A stretch of 64,000 bases of DNA from an uncultured Myxococcales bacterium. Lineage in GTDB: Bacteria > Myxococcota_A > UBA9042. The position numbers were made by a program, and so were the translations under genes. The notes below the pieces were generated by a model, which saw only the letters and a list, made by a program, of their open reading frames with translations, was not told where the DNA came from and made no database searches. This document shows, in pieces, positions 8,955-18,765 of the stretch (positions within the stretch are counted from its first letter, which is position 1; every line of letters starts with the position of its first letter). The DNA lies in the NCBI GenBank assembly GCA_903924465.1, contig CAIYBN010000056.1:1291-65290 (forward strand). The letters are read 5' to 3'.

Positions 8955-10250
8955 CTATCTCCGTCCGCCGCGCAGGGCCGCGATGCCGGGCATCGGTTTG
9001 CCGCTGATGAACTCGAGCGATGCGCCGCCACCCGTCGAGACGTGTGAAATCAGCGGTGTGACGCCAGCCTTCTTCACCGCCGCGACGGAATCGCCGCCGC
9101 CGACAATCGAGGTCGCAGCTGTCTGCGCGATCGCTTTGGCAAGCGCCATCGTCCCGGCCGCAAACGCGTCCATCTCAAAGATGCCCATCGGCCCATTCCA
9201 CAGGATCGTCCGCGGCGCGCCTTTGCCGATGCCACCCGCCAGCATGTCGCAGTACGTCTGGATCGTCGCCGGTCCAATGTCCACCGCGATGTCGTCGTCG
9301 GCAAAATGGCCGTTGTCGACGATCCGCGATGGCGCATCCGCCTTCACTTCCTTGACCACCACGTGATCCTGCGGCAGCAGCACGGTCACGCCGCGCTCTT
9401 CGCAGCGCTGCAGCAAGTGCTTGGCCAGCTGGACGTGGTCCCGCTCGACCAGGCTCAGGCCCATGTTGTGGCCTTGCGCCGTCAGGAACGTGTAGGCCAT
9501 CGCACCGCCGATCACCAGCACGTCGACGATTTGCACCAGCGACTCGATGACCTCGATCTTGTCGCTCACCTTCGCGCCGCCAAGAATCGCCACATACGGC
9601 GACTCTGGGCTCTGCGTCAGCTTCGACAAGTACTCAATCTCGCGTTCCAGCAGGAAACCCGCCGCGCGCGCGGGCATGAGCCGCGGGAGCGCCGACACGC
9701 TGGCATGTGCACGGTGCACGCAGCCAAACGCATCGTCGACGTAGATATCGCACAGATCCGCCAGTTTCCGGGCAAAATCCTCGCTATTCTCCTCTTCCTC
9801 CGGGTGAAACCGCAGGTTTTCGAGCAGCACGACCTGACCCGGACGCTGGTTGGCGATGAGATGCACCGCCGCATCGCCGATGCAATCGTCGGGCAGCAGC
9901 ACATCACAGGCCAACAATTCCGCGAGTTTGCGCGCGACCGGTTCCAGCGAGTACTTCGGATTCTTCTTGCCCTTGGGTCGCCCCAGGTGCGAGCAGAGAA
10001 TCACCCGCGCATCCGCCTTGCGGCAGAACTCGATGGTCGGAATCGCGCCGCGAATACGCGAGTCATCCGTGATCACGTCGCCGTCCAGCGGCACGTTGAA
10101 ATCACAGCGAATCAGCACGCGTTTTTGCGCCAGCAGGCCCTCGCGGGTCGGCTGATCGCGGCTTTGTTCCCGGTTCAGATCGCGAATGGACAGGATGCCA
10201 AGCGCCCGGAGCATTGCCCCGGGTTCAGCCGCCTTTTGCGTCGTTTCCAT
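8955..10250 (-). CDS. pgk: Phosphoglycerate kinase
   Basis: DFNVP, SHLGRP, LLENLRF, GGAKVSDK, STGGGASLE. Confidence 0.98.
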   Translation of the reverse strand: METTQKAAEPGAMLRALGILSIRDLNREQSRDQPTREGLLAQKRVLIRCDFNVPLDGDVITDDSRIRGAIPTIEFCRKADARVILCSHLGRPKGKKNPKYSLEPVARKLAELLACDVLLPDDCIGDAAVHLIANQRPGQVVLLENLRFHPEEEENSEDFARKLADLCDIYVDDAFGCVHRAHASVSALPRLMPARAAGFLLEREIEYLSKLTQSPESPYVAILGGAKVSDKIEVIESLVQIVDVLVIGGAMAYTFLTAQGHNMGLSLVERDHVQLAKHLLQRCEERGVTVLLPQDHVVVKEVKADAPSRIVDNGHFADDDIAVDIGPATIQTYCDMLAGGIGKGAPRTILWNGPMGIFEMDAFAAGTMALAKAIAQTAATSIVGGGDSVAAVKKAGVTPLISHVSTGGGASLEFISGKPMPGIAALRGGRR

Positions 10251-10271
10251 GTGGCCTCCGCCGGCCGCGCG

Positions 10272-11315
10272 CTACAGCGCGGTCAGGATGTGATTCGCCA
10301 GCGCGTACAAGCGGTTGGTGTAGCCCCACTCGTTGTCGTACCACGCCACGACTTTGACCAGATTGCCACCCTGCACGTGCGTCATGCTCGGATCGAACAC
10401 GGAACCGGTCGCCTCGCCGATGAGATCCGAGGACACGACCAGATCATCCTCCACACGCAAGGTGCCCGCGGGGTACTTGGCCGCCGCGGCCCGCAGCGTG
10501 TCGTTCACTTCCTGAGTCGTCGTAGCCTTTTCGACCGAGACGACCAGATCGACCAGCGACACATCCGGAACCGGCACGCGCAGCGCAACGCCGTGCAGCT
10601 TGCCCATCAGCGCCGGCACGACCAGACCGATCGCCTTGGCGGCGCCCGTCGAGGTCGGCACGATGTTCTGGCTGGACGTACGACCGCGACGCGGCTCTTT
10701 CTTGTGCGGCAGGTCGAGTACGACCTGATCGCCGGTGAACGCGTGCACCGTCGTCATCACGCCGCCGACGACGCCAAACGCCTCGTGCAACGCTTTGGCC
10801 AGCGGCGCCAAGCAAGTCGTCGTGCAGGAAGCGGCCGAAATGACCGTGTGTTCCGGCTTGAGCGTTTCGGTATTGATGCCAAACACGACCGTCGCATCCG
10901 GTGCTTCTTTGGAATCACCCGGCGCGGAAATCAGCACGCGCTTGGCACCCGCGGTCAGGTGCGCGGCGGCGGCCGAGCGCTTGGTGAACTTGCCGGTCGA
11001 TTCGATCACGAGATCGATGTCGAGCTCTTTCCACGGCAACGTCGCCGGATCCGTTGCGGCGAACAGCTTGACCTTCTGATTGCCGACGGTCAGCACACTG
11101 CCGTCGAGCGAAACGGTGCCTTTGAACTTGCCGTGCGTGCTGTCATAGCGCGTCAGGTAAGCGAGGGCGGACGGATCGGCCAAATCATTGGCAGCGACCA
11201 GTTCAAAGGGGCAATTGGGATCGAGTGCTGCAACACGGGTCAAGCAGCGACCGATGCGACCAAAACCGTTGATAGCGACGCGGGGACGACGAGTGGCGGA
11301 CATTTTGGACTCCAT
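10272..11315 (-). CDS. gap: Glyceraldehyde-3-phosphate dehydrogenase type I (alternative start 11303)
   Basis: INGFGRIGR, ASCTTTCLAP, STGAAKA, WYDNEWGY. Confidence 0.97.
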   Translation of the reverse strand: MESKMSATRRPRVAINGFGRIGRCLTRVAALDPNCPFELVAANDLADPSALAYLTRYDSTHGKFKGTVSLDGSVLTVGNQKVKLFAATDPATLPWKELDIDLVIESTGKFTKRSAAAAHLTAGAKRVLISAPGDSKEAPDATVVFGINTETLKPEHTVISAASCTTTCLAPLAKALHEAFGVVGGVMTTVHAFTGDQVVLDLPHKKEPRRGRTSSQNIVPTSTGAAKAIGLVVPALMGKLHGVALRVPVPDVSLVDLVVSVEKATTTQEVNDTLRAAAAKYPAGTLRVEDDLVVSSDLIGEATGSVFDPSMTHVQGGNLVKVVAWYDNEWGYTNRLYALANHILTAL

Positions 11316-11370
11316 AACGGGGAGGAAAGCCCCGTGGGGTCCGGGATGATAAGTCGATCGGCCGGCAGGG

Positions 11371-12225
11371 TCAACGCGGTGGCGCGCGACCGCCCGTCAA
11401 CGCATCCAGCAGCGCTGCCACCTGCGCCGACGTGTGTGCGACGTGCCGCAACGTGGTCGCTTGGGCTGCGAGTGCCACGGCCGCCAACGCAAGTCCGCCG
11501 GCACTCGGCAGCGCGCCCATTCCCACACCCAACAGTGCGCCCACGCCCGCCAGCACGGCGGCCACCTCCAGCACGCGCGTCCAGGTGTCCAACCCTTTGA
11601 GACGCCGCCGGTGCTCCAAAACCAGCGCGACAACGTGCTCGGTCTCCAAGGGTGGCGAATGCGCCGCCAGGGTAGAACGTGGGGCAGTCGGCGGCAGCGG
11701 GCGCGCAGGCTGCATGTGGGCCGGCACTGGCGGCCCGTGGCGCAGGATCTTGCCCGGCGGTGGAAACGCGACGCCGGATCCCGGCGGAATGGTCTTTTGC
11801 GGCGCCGCGGGATGCGGCACCCCGGGATGGGCGTCGTCCGGTCCGGCTTCAAACGTTTGAATGACGTCTGAACTTTCCTTCTTCCCACTCACCGGCAGCC
11901 GAATCGGATGGTCGGGCGCGTGCACCGGCGGGAGCAGCCCCTTCGGCGCGATCGTCCCGTGCTGGCCGGCCAGTGTAGAGTTGGTATTCGGGCCAAAAAC
12001 CGGTACGAGCGGCTGCCGTTCGACCGACATCGGCTCGGGATTCTGTCGCGCCAGGTCCGCCACCATGGGCAGCGCGCGCGACGGCGGGTGATCGGGCAAT
12101 TCCGGCTCGACGTCCGACGGCACGCGCGCCTGTGGCGGCAGCGTTCCGTGCTGCAGGAGCGTCACATCCGCTTCGCGCGGCGGCAGCGGCAAAATGGCCG
12201 GCGGGTCCTCACGGTGGCTGGGCAT
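11371..12225 (-). CDS. Hypothetical Pro-rich protein with C-terminal TM helices
   Basis: Low-complexity Pro-rich N-terminus and two hydrophobic segments; co-oriented with neighbours. Confidence 0.55.
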   Translation of the reverse strand: MPSHREDPPAILPLPPREADVTLLQHGTLPPQARVPSDVEPELPDHPPSRALPMVADLARQNPEPMSVERQPLVPVFGPNTNSTLAGQHGTIAPKGLLPPVHAPDHPIRLPVSGKKESSDVIQTFEAGPDDAHPGVPHPAAPQKTIPPGSGVAFPPPGKILRHGPPVPAHMQPARPLPPTAPRSTLAAHSPPLETEHVVALVLEHRRRLKGLDTWTRVLEVAAVLAGVGALLGVGMGALPSAGGLALAAVALAAQATTLRHVAHTSAQVAALLDALTGGRAPPR

Positions 12226-12258
12226 CTGGGCCTCGTCTGGCGCGTTCGCTGAGGTCGG

Positions 12259-13671
12259 TCACGGCTTGGGGCGTTGCGGATTCGCGACCTTGCATTGACC
12301 GAGCAAGGTGTCCAGCGCCTGCACCAACGGTTGGCGCGCAGGTTCCGGCAAGTTAGCGCGCAAAACGACGCCGCGCAACGCATCTTCCAGGTCGATCGGT
12401 CGGCAATGGTTGGGCTCGCGCTCCAGATCGATGTTGTGACCCAGCGCCATCAGCGGTCCCAACGTCGCCGCGGACGGCAGCTTGCCCTTGGCCGCCGCAA
12501 ACAGCGTCGCGGGACTCAGCGGCCGCGCGTTGGCCAAATCCTCGCGTTCAGCGATGCCTTGCGGCTTGAGCGACTGGGCATAGCCGTACACGATCGCTTC
12601 CTCGGGAGTCAGTTGCGCAAGGCCAATCAGCGCGGCATCTGCATCACCGCGAACACCGTGCCGCGACGCGATCGCCTGCCACGCCACATCGGCGGTTTGA
12701 TCCGCGGTCTGGCGCGCAACCAGCACGGCGGCGTTGAGCGCAACAATCGCCAGATCGCCCGTGGCATCGCGCTGCATCGCGTCGATCAGGGACAACGCAT
12801 CCAGCCGCGCACCGCCGGCCAATTCGCCAATGAGCGGATCCTTGAGCCAGCCCTTGAACACGGGCGCAGTGACGACAAACGGCGTCGACGCGGGCGGCGG
12901 TGCGGCCGTACTCGCCTTTGACGGAGCACGCTGAGCGGGCGTCCATTCCGGAGGCGGAGGCGGCAACTGAATCGGCGCCGACAGGTTCGCCAGCTCATGC
13001 CCGGCACAGGCCGTCGCCAAACCGCGTGCCAACGCGTCGACGCGCTCGGCTGCCGCCAGACGCACACTCTCGGCACCGCCGTCGCGCGCACTTCTGGCCA
13101 ACTGTACCGCATGACTACAGGCGGTTCGCGCATCCGGGTCCGCCGCCGCCGCGACGAGCGCATGGGCAGCCCGAATCGCCTGGATCGTCGGCGCCTGCTG
13201 TTCGGCGTATTCCAGCAGTTGTAGCGCGCCCGCGTCACTCACTTTGGCCGACCGCGTCTGCAGCCGTTTCGTGTCAGCGCCCGCCGCCAGCGCGCGCAGC
13301 CAGCCCAGCACGAACGCCTGGCGGGCATTCAACTGGTCGACGTCGATGTCGCGGGCCCGCAGCGCACCGGACGGGCCGATCGCCAACCGCGCGAGCAAGC
13401 CCTGCGTGACAAATGCATCCACGGCGTGACGGGCCACGCCGGCCGCGCCCACTGCATCCACGACCGCCCACGCGCGATCGGTTGGAAAGCGCACATCGAG
13501 CACCTTTTCCCGATCCAGGAGGGTCAAGTAGCCTTGCGATCGCACGGCGAGCACCAGTGGATGGTCTGCGTATGCGGCGTCCACGTGGATGGATTCCAGC
13601 AGCAAGGGCTGTGGTTGTGCCAGGACCGTGGACGCAATGAGCAGGGTGAGGGCGACGAGAAATCGGGGCAT
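12259..13671 (-). CDS. Hypothetical exported protein with an internal duplication
   Basis: Signal peptide MPRFLVALTLLIASTVLA; two similar helical halves joined by a Pro-rich linker. Confidence 0.65.
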   Translation of the reverse strand: MPRFLVALTLLIASTVLAQPQPLLLESIHVDAAYADHPLVLAVRSQGYLTLLDREKVLDVRFPTDRAWAVVDAVGAAGVARHAVDAFVTQGLLARLAIGPSGALRARDIDVDQLNARQAFVLGWLRALAAGADTKRLQTRSAKVSDAGALQLLEYAEQQAPTIQAIRAAHALVAAAADPDARTACSHAVQLARSARDGGAESVRLAAAERVDALARGLATACAGHELANLSAPIQLPPPPPEWTPAQRAPSKASTAAPPPASTPFVVTAPVFKGWLKDPLIGELAGGARLDALSLIDAMQRDATGDLAIVALNAAVLVARQTADQTADVAWQAIASRHGVRGDADAALIGLAQLTPEEAIVYGYAQSLKPQGIAEREDLANARPLSPATLFAAAKGKLPSAATLGPLMALGHNIDLEREPNHCRPIDLEDALRGVVLRANLPEPARQPLVQALDTLLGQCKVANPQRPKP

Positions 13672-13858
13672 GACGGACTCCGCAGACTGGGCACACGGTA
13701 AACGGACGGGCCGCTGGAATCAATCGTGGCGCCGTGCCGGCGGTCTGTGACCAGAGATTCGATGGTGAATTCCGCAAGCGTATTGCGTTTGCGTGCTCTT
13801 GCGGCGACGATCCGCCGGCCCTTGTCCGGGCACGTGGAGACGGTGAGTGCGCAGCAGC

Positions 13859-14815
13859 ATGTTTCAGCGACGGTTTGTGATTGTCTCCGGCAAGGGCGGC
13901 GTGGGGCGATCCACGCTGGCGGCCTCGCTGGGTTTCGCCGCGGCGCGCTACGGCATGCGAACCTGCGTGGTGCAACTGAATACCCGCGACGAGCTGGGGC
14001 GCATCTTCGCCGTCGATGCCAGCGGTTACGAGCCGGTGCCCCTGGTCCCCGGGCTGCCGCTTTTCGGCTGCAACCTGCGCCCGGTGGATGCGCTGCGCGA
14101 ATATGGCCAAATGAAGCTGCACTTTCGCACGCTGCACAAATTGGTCTTTGAAAATGACGTGATGCAACGCCTGCTGCGGATGATTCCGGGGATGAATGAG
14201 CTCGTGCTGTTGGGCAAGGCTTGGCACATGGAGGCGCAGGAACGCGGCAGTGATGGCCAGCCAGCGTGGGATCTGATCATCGTCGATGCACCGGCAACGG
14301 GGCACGGCGTGTCGCTCTTGCGCCTGCCGCAGACGATTCTCGCCGCCGTGCCGGTGGGGCCAATGGCCGACGACGCCCGCCAGATGCAGGCGCTGCTGGA
14401 GGACCCGGCCCGCACGGCGCTGCATGTCGTGACCCTGCCGCAGGAACTGCCGGCGACGGAAGCGCTGGAGCTGTGCGATGAAGCGCGGCTCAAACTGGGC
14501 ATGCCGACTGGCAATTTGTTCGTGAACATGATCCTGCCGCCGCTTGTGGACGATCGCCAATTGCGGGCGATCCAGCGCGCGGAGCCGGAGACGCCGCTGA
14601 TGGTGGACACGGTGACGGCGGTCGCGGCGCACGTGCGCTGGCACGACGCCCAGCAGCTGCAAGTGCGCAGGCTGCAAAAGGCCTCGGCCTTGCCGGTGGT
14701 GGAGCTGCCGCACTTGTTTTGCACCATCGGCCGGGCGCAAATCGAGGTGCTGGCCGATGCGCTTGTCACGGGGATGGAAGCCGCCGAAAGTCGTCAGCGC
14801 GGAGCGGCGCGATGA
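13859..14815 (+). CDS. ArsA/Get3-family ATPase
   Basis: SGKGGVGRST, PGMNEL, DLIIVDAPATGH, VTLPQELP. Confidence 0.88.
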   Translation: MFQRRFVIVSGKGGVGRSTLAASLGFAAARYGMRTCVVQLNTRDELGRIFAVDASGYEPVPLVPGLPLFGCNLRPVDALREYGQMKLHFRTLHKLVFENDVMQRLLRMIPGMNELVLLGKAWHMEAQERGSDGQPAWDLIIVDAPATGHGVSLLRLPQTILAAVPVGPMADDARQMQALLEDPARTALHVVTLPQELPATEALELCDEARLKLGMPTGNLFVNMILPPLVDDRQLRAIQRAEPETPLMVDTVTAVAAHVRWHDAQQLQVRRLQKASALPVVELPHLFCTIGRAQIEVLADALVTGMEAAESRQRGAAR

Positions 14816-16302
14816 GGCGCTGCCTGCTGTGGCTGGGCTTGCTGGCCATGAATCATGCCGCGCTGGCGGTTGAGCCGCGTGTTGCCGGCAAAGGACACGC
14901 CATGCAGATGCACAAACCGGTGGATGCAACTGCCGCAGAGGCCGCGGCGCGGGCGCGCGAGACGACCTACCAGCAGAGCGGCGCGCAGGTCCGGCTGCTG
15001 GCGGTGCTGCCGTACGGCGCGGGGGTGGTCGAGCACTGGCAGCTGGCAAACGGGCTGCAGATCGTGCTGGCGGTGGATGCCCTGGTGCCCGTGGTCGCAG
15101 TGCAATCGTGGCTCTGCGTCGGTTCGGCCGATGAAATCGCCGGCAAGACCGGATTGGCGCACCTTTTTGAGCACATGATGTTCAAGTCGACGGAAGCACG
15201 GCCGGCAGGAACGCTGGACCGCGTGCTGGAACAGATGGGCGGCTCTGCCAATGCGGCAACATCGCTGGATTACACGTTCTTCCAGGAAACCGTGCCCAGC
15301 GTGCACGTCCCGACCGTGTTGGACATGGAAGCGGATCGGCTGGTCAACCTGGATCTGACGGCGGCGGCGTTTCGCAGTGAATTGAGCGTGGTGCGCAATG
15401 AGCGGCGGGAAGTGGTCGACAACGATCCGGACGGGCAGATCGACGAAACGATGAGCGAACTGGCTTGGGGCGCGCACCCGTACGGCCATCCGGTGATTGG
15501 CACGGAGAAGGACCTGGCGGGGCTGAGCGTCGCGGACGCGCGCCAATTCTACCAAACGCATTATGCTGCTGGACGCACACTGTTGGTGCTGGTTGGCGGA
15601 TTTGACCCGAATGCGCTGCTCCTGGAAGTGATTCAACATTACGGGAAGTTGCCGCAGGGACCGACGCCACAACGACCAACTGCCGCGATCCCGACGGGCG
15701 CGGCGCAACGCTCGCTGGCGATTGATGCAGGTGCGGAACGACTGGCCATGGCCTGGCGCCTGCCGCCGGGCGATCACGCTGACATGGCCGCGCTGGATGT
15801 GTTGACGGAAATGCTGGCCAATGGCGATTCCACGCGGCTGGCGCGGGCGCTGCTGTACGACAAGCCGATTGCGTCCCACGCGTCGGCGGACTTGAACGAC
15901 GCGCGGCTGGGGAGCTTGCTGCAAATCCACGTGACTTTGCTGCCAGGGCAGGTGGCCAAAGAGGCGCTGGCGCGGGTTGACGCGACGATCAAGGCGCTCA
16001 ACGGCTCGCAGCCGATGACGGAAAGCGAACTGCTCGCAGCAAAAAATCGTTTGAAAATGGCGCATTTCAGCGCGTTGACCAGTGTCGATGGCCGTGCTGA
16101 ACAGCTGGGGCACTTTCTCGCGGGCTACGGTTCGCTGCAGCCGCTGCTGCGGTTCAGTGCGGACGTCGAGGCGGTGACGGTGGCCGATGTCCAGCGCGTC
16201 GCGCAAAAATACCTGGTGGCCGATCGCCGCGTCGTGGTGTTGGGTGAGATGGCGCCGCCCAAAGTCGCTGGCAAACGGCGGACGGGCGGGTCCAAGGGAT
16301 GA
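14812..16302 (+). CDS. M16 (pitrilysin) family Zn peptidase, active subunit
   Basis: GLAHLFEHMMF (HxxEH), NAATS, HPYGHPVIG; signal peptide. Confidence 0.92.
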   Translation: MRRCLLWLGLLAMNHAALAVEPRVAGKGHAMQMHKPVDATAAEAAARARETTYQQSGAQVRLLAVLPYGAGVVEHWQLANGLQIVLAVDALVPVVAVQSWLCVGSADEIAGKTGLAHLFEHMMFKSTEARPAGTLDRVLEQMGGSANAATSLDYTFFQETVPSVHVPTVLDMEADRLVNLDLTAAAFRSELSVVRNERREVVDNDPDGQIDETMSELAWGAHPYGHPVIGTEKDLAGLSVADARQFYQTHYAAGRTLLVLVGGFDPNALLLEVIQHYGKLPQGPTPQRPTAAIPTGAAQRSLAIDAGAERLAMAWRLPPGDHADMAALDVLTEMLANGDSTRLARALLYDKPIASHASADLNDARLGSLLQIHVTLLPGQVAKEALARVDATIKALNGSQPMTESELLAAKNRLKMAHFSALTSVDGRAEQLGHFLAGYGSLQPLLRFSADVEAVTVADVQRVAQKYLVADRRVVVLGEMAPPKVAGKRRTGGSKG

Positions 16303-17870
16303 TTCTGATGCCGCGTCACAGCACAGCCAACATGCTGCGAAATGGCTGGGCGGGCCTGTTGATCGTGCTGCTGACCGGTCTCGCGTTGCCTGACGCCTGG
16401 GCCAAACCGAAGCGAGGTGCCATGCCCCCCCTGATCGTTGTCGAGCGGCCATGGCCGCCGGTGGTGCAAGTGCGCGTGCTGTTGTCCACCGGGTCGCTGG
16501 CGGATCCACCCGGGCAGGAAGGACTGGCGCTGCTGACGTGGGACACCGCGTTGCGCGGCGCGGGTGCGCGAGATCGCGGGCAGATGGCGCAGGCGCTGGA
16601 CGCGCTGGGCGCGCACCTGGACGTGCAGGTGGACAAGCTCGGTGCCTCGCTGGTGGGTGAAGTGCTGCTGGAGCACTTGGACCCGTTCCTCGCGTTGCTG
16701 GCGGACACGCTGCTGCAGCCAAAGCTGGCGACCGACGACATCGAACAGGTGCGGGCGCAGCTGTTGGCGGACCTGACCCACCTGCACGACGACGACGCGG
16801 CGTTGGCGCACGACGCGGTCGGGCGCTACCTGTACCGCGGGCAAACGCTGGGCCGACCGACCGGTGGCACGGAAAGCACACTGCGGGCCATCACGCCCGA
16901 CGCGGTTCGGCAGTTCCACAAGCATTGCGTGGTCGCTGGCAACGTGCGGGTCGGATTCGCGGGCCCGGTCGACGAAGCGACGGCGAAGTCGCTGCTCGAA
17001 CGTCACATCGCCTTGCCCAGCGGCACGCCGCCCAAATTGACGTTGCCGCACACGGTGCACGACGGCCGGCGGCTGTTGCTCATCGACAAGCCGCGTCACA
17101 CGCAATCGGAGGTCGTGATCGCTTGGCCAACCGTCGCCGCACACCACAAGGACATGACGGCGATCGGCATTGCCAACGCGATCCTCGGCGGCACGTTCAC
17201 CTCGCGGCTGAATCGCGAGATCCGCGAGTTGCGCGGCTGGTCGTACAACACCTGGTCCGCGCTGTCGTCCGGGCCGCAGTTGACGACCTGGGCCCTGGGG
17301 TTCACGCCCGAGACGGCGGACACGACCGCGGCGCTGGAGTTGGCCGTCAAGATCCTGGAAGAAATGGCCGAGCAGGGTCTGACACCGGCAGAACTGCGCT
17401 TCGCCAAGGACTATTTGAAAGGCATGCACCTGGCGAGCCTGGAAACCGCAGAGCGCGAACTGGGCATGCGGATGCGCGCGCAGCAGCTCGGCATGGCGGC
17501 GGACGCGATCGACAACTACGCGGCGCATGTCGAGGCGGTGGACTACAAGACCATCCAGCGGGTGCTGCGCGAGCACATCAGGCCGGAGCATTTGACGGCG
17601 GTCGTCGTGGGCCAAGGGCGCGTGCTGGAGAGCAAGCTGCGGGAGTCGGCGGCGCAGTTTGAAGTGGAACTGATGCCCGCGGATGGCCAGCCGGAGCACA
17701 CGAGTGCCCGTGGTCGGGCGATTGGCAAGCGGCCGACCCCGGTGGAGGAAGCACCGCCACCCGCGGTGAACGACGATCCGGCCGACTCGCCGGAAGAAGA
17801 TGAACCCGGCGAAGGCAACGAGCCTGAAGACGGTGAAGACGGCGCTGTCTCGCCGGAAGGAGCCCCATGA
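16299..17870 (+). CDS. M16 family peptidase partner subunit (no HxxEH)
   Basis: GSLADP, ILGGTFTSRLNREIRELRGWSY; lacks the Zn motif; acidic tail. Confidence 0.88.
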   Translation: MILMPRHSTANMLRNGWAGLLIVLLTGLALPDAWAKPKRGAMPPLIVVERPWPPVVQVRVLLSTGSLADPPGQEGLALLTWDTALRGAGARDRGQMAQALDALGAHLDVQVDKLGASLVGEVLLEHLDPFLALLADTLLQPKLATDDIEQVRAQLLADLTHLHDDDAALAHDAVGRYLYRGQTLGRPTGGTESTLRAITPDAVRQFHKHCVVAGNVRVGFAGPVDEATAKSLLERHIALPSGTPPKLTLPHTVHDGRRLLLIDKPRHTQSEVVIAWPTVAAHHKDMTAIGIANAILGGTFTSRLNREIRELRGWSYNTWSALSSGPQLTTWALGFTPETADTTAALELAVKILEEMAEQGLTPAELRFAKDYLKGMHLASLETAERELGMRMRAQQLGMAADAIDNYAAHVEAVDYKTIQRVLREHIRPEHLTAVVVGQGRVLESKLRESAAQFEVELMPADGQPEHTSARGRAIGKRPTPVEEAPPPAVNDDPADSPEEDEPGEGNEPEDGEDGAVSPEGAP

Positions 17871-18421
17871 GCGCGGATTGGACTTTGGACGACGTCGATG
17901 CTTTTGCCGCGCGGGCCCACCACGGCCAAAGGCGCAACGTCGGCGATGATAGCGCGCCCGAAGTGCCGTACATCGTGCATCCCCGCGCCGTGCGGGACGT
18001 TCTGCTGCTGGAACACCCCGACCCGAGTTTGCACGAGCCCTGGGTGCTCGCCACGGCGCTGCTGCACGACGTCCTCGAGGATTGCCCGGTCCATCCAGAC
18101 CAGATGACCGCCGCGTTTGGCTCGAACGTCTGCGCCGCGGTGCGGGCGTTGTCCAAAGAGATGCGCGAGGTCGACGGCGCGACGAAGACCGACGATCAGT
18201 ATTGGACCGTGCTGGCGCAATCGCCGCTGGTGATCCGCCAGATCAAGGCCGCCGATCGCGTGGACAACCTGCGATCGTGCCTGCGCTGGCCGCGCGAGCG
18301 GTTGGCGCGCAAGTACCTGGTGGAAACGCCAGTCAAGCTGCTGCCGCTGGTCGTGGACGATGCGTTCCTGTACGCGACCTTGGCGGATTTGCTGGCACAA
18401 TTGCGGCGGACCTATCCGTGA
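17867..18421 (+). CDS. Stand-alone RelA/SpoT-type HD hydrolase (small alarmone hydrolase / Mesh1-like)
   Basis: AHHGQRR, PYIVHP, ALLHDVLED, IKAADRVDNL. Confidence 0.85.
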   Translation: MSADWTLDDVDAFAARAHHGQRRNVGDDSAPEVPYIVHPRAVRDVLLLEHPDPSLHEPWVLATALLHDVLEDCPVHPDQMTAAFGSNVCAAVRALSKEMREVDGATKTDDQYWTVLAQSPLVIRQIKAADRVDNLRSCLRWPRERLARKYLVETPVKLLPLVVDDAFLYATLADLLAQLRRTYP

Positions 18422-18525
18422 CGTCGACTCGCCCGCAAGTCATCACACGGCGACAGGTCATCCATCTCAGGCACAAGCAACCCAAGCGCGTTGCGCCGTC
18501 GGTCGGATGGCTTCTGTCCAGGCAA

Positions 18526-18575
18526 TCTTGATACTTTCTTGATCCCCATCTCAGCGGTCTTGCCATCATCCTGAT
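18526..18575 (+). promoter_or_regulatory. Phased direct repeats (TCTTGAT-like, ~11-bp period), putative KdpE boxes
   Basis: TCTTGAT at 18526 and 18537, TCTTGCC at 18558, TCCTGAT at 18569, upstream of kdpD. Confidence 0.5.
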
Positions 18576-18765
18576 CCGGGTGCGCCTATCGTGGCACCGT
18601 TGGCGGGCGTGCCAGCCTGCACGTGGCTTGACGGCAGCGGAGGTCGAGCGACTGATCCGTCTGTGTACAGAAGCGCCTTTTCTCGGCATCATTGGACCAG
18701 CGCGCGTCAACGTCCGGTGCACCCATTTGGCCCTGAACAAACGCCTTGTCGCTCGCTGGGTTGTG

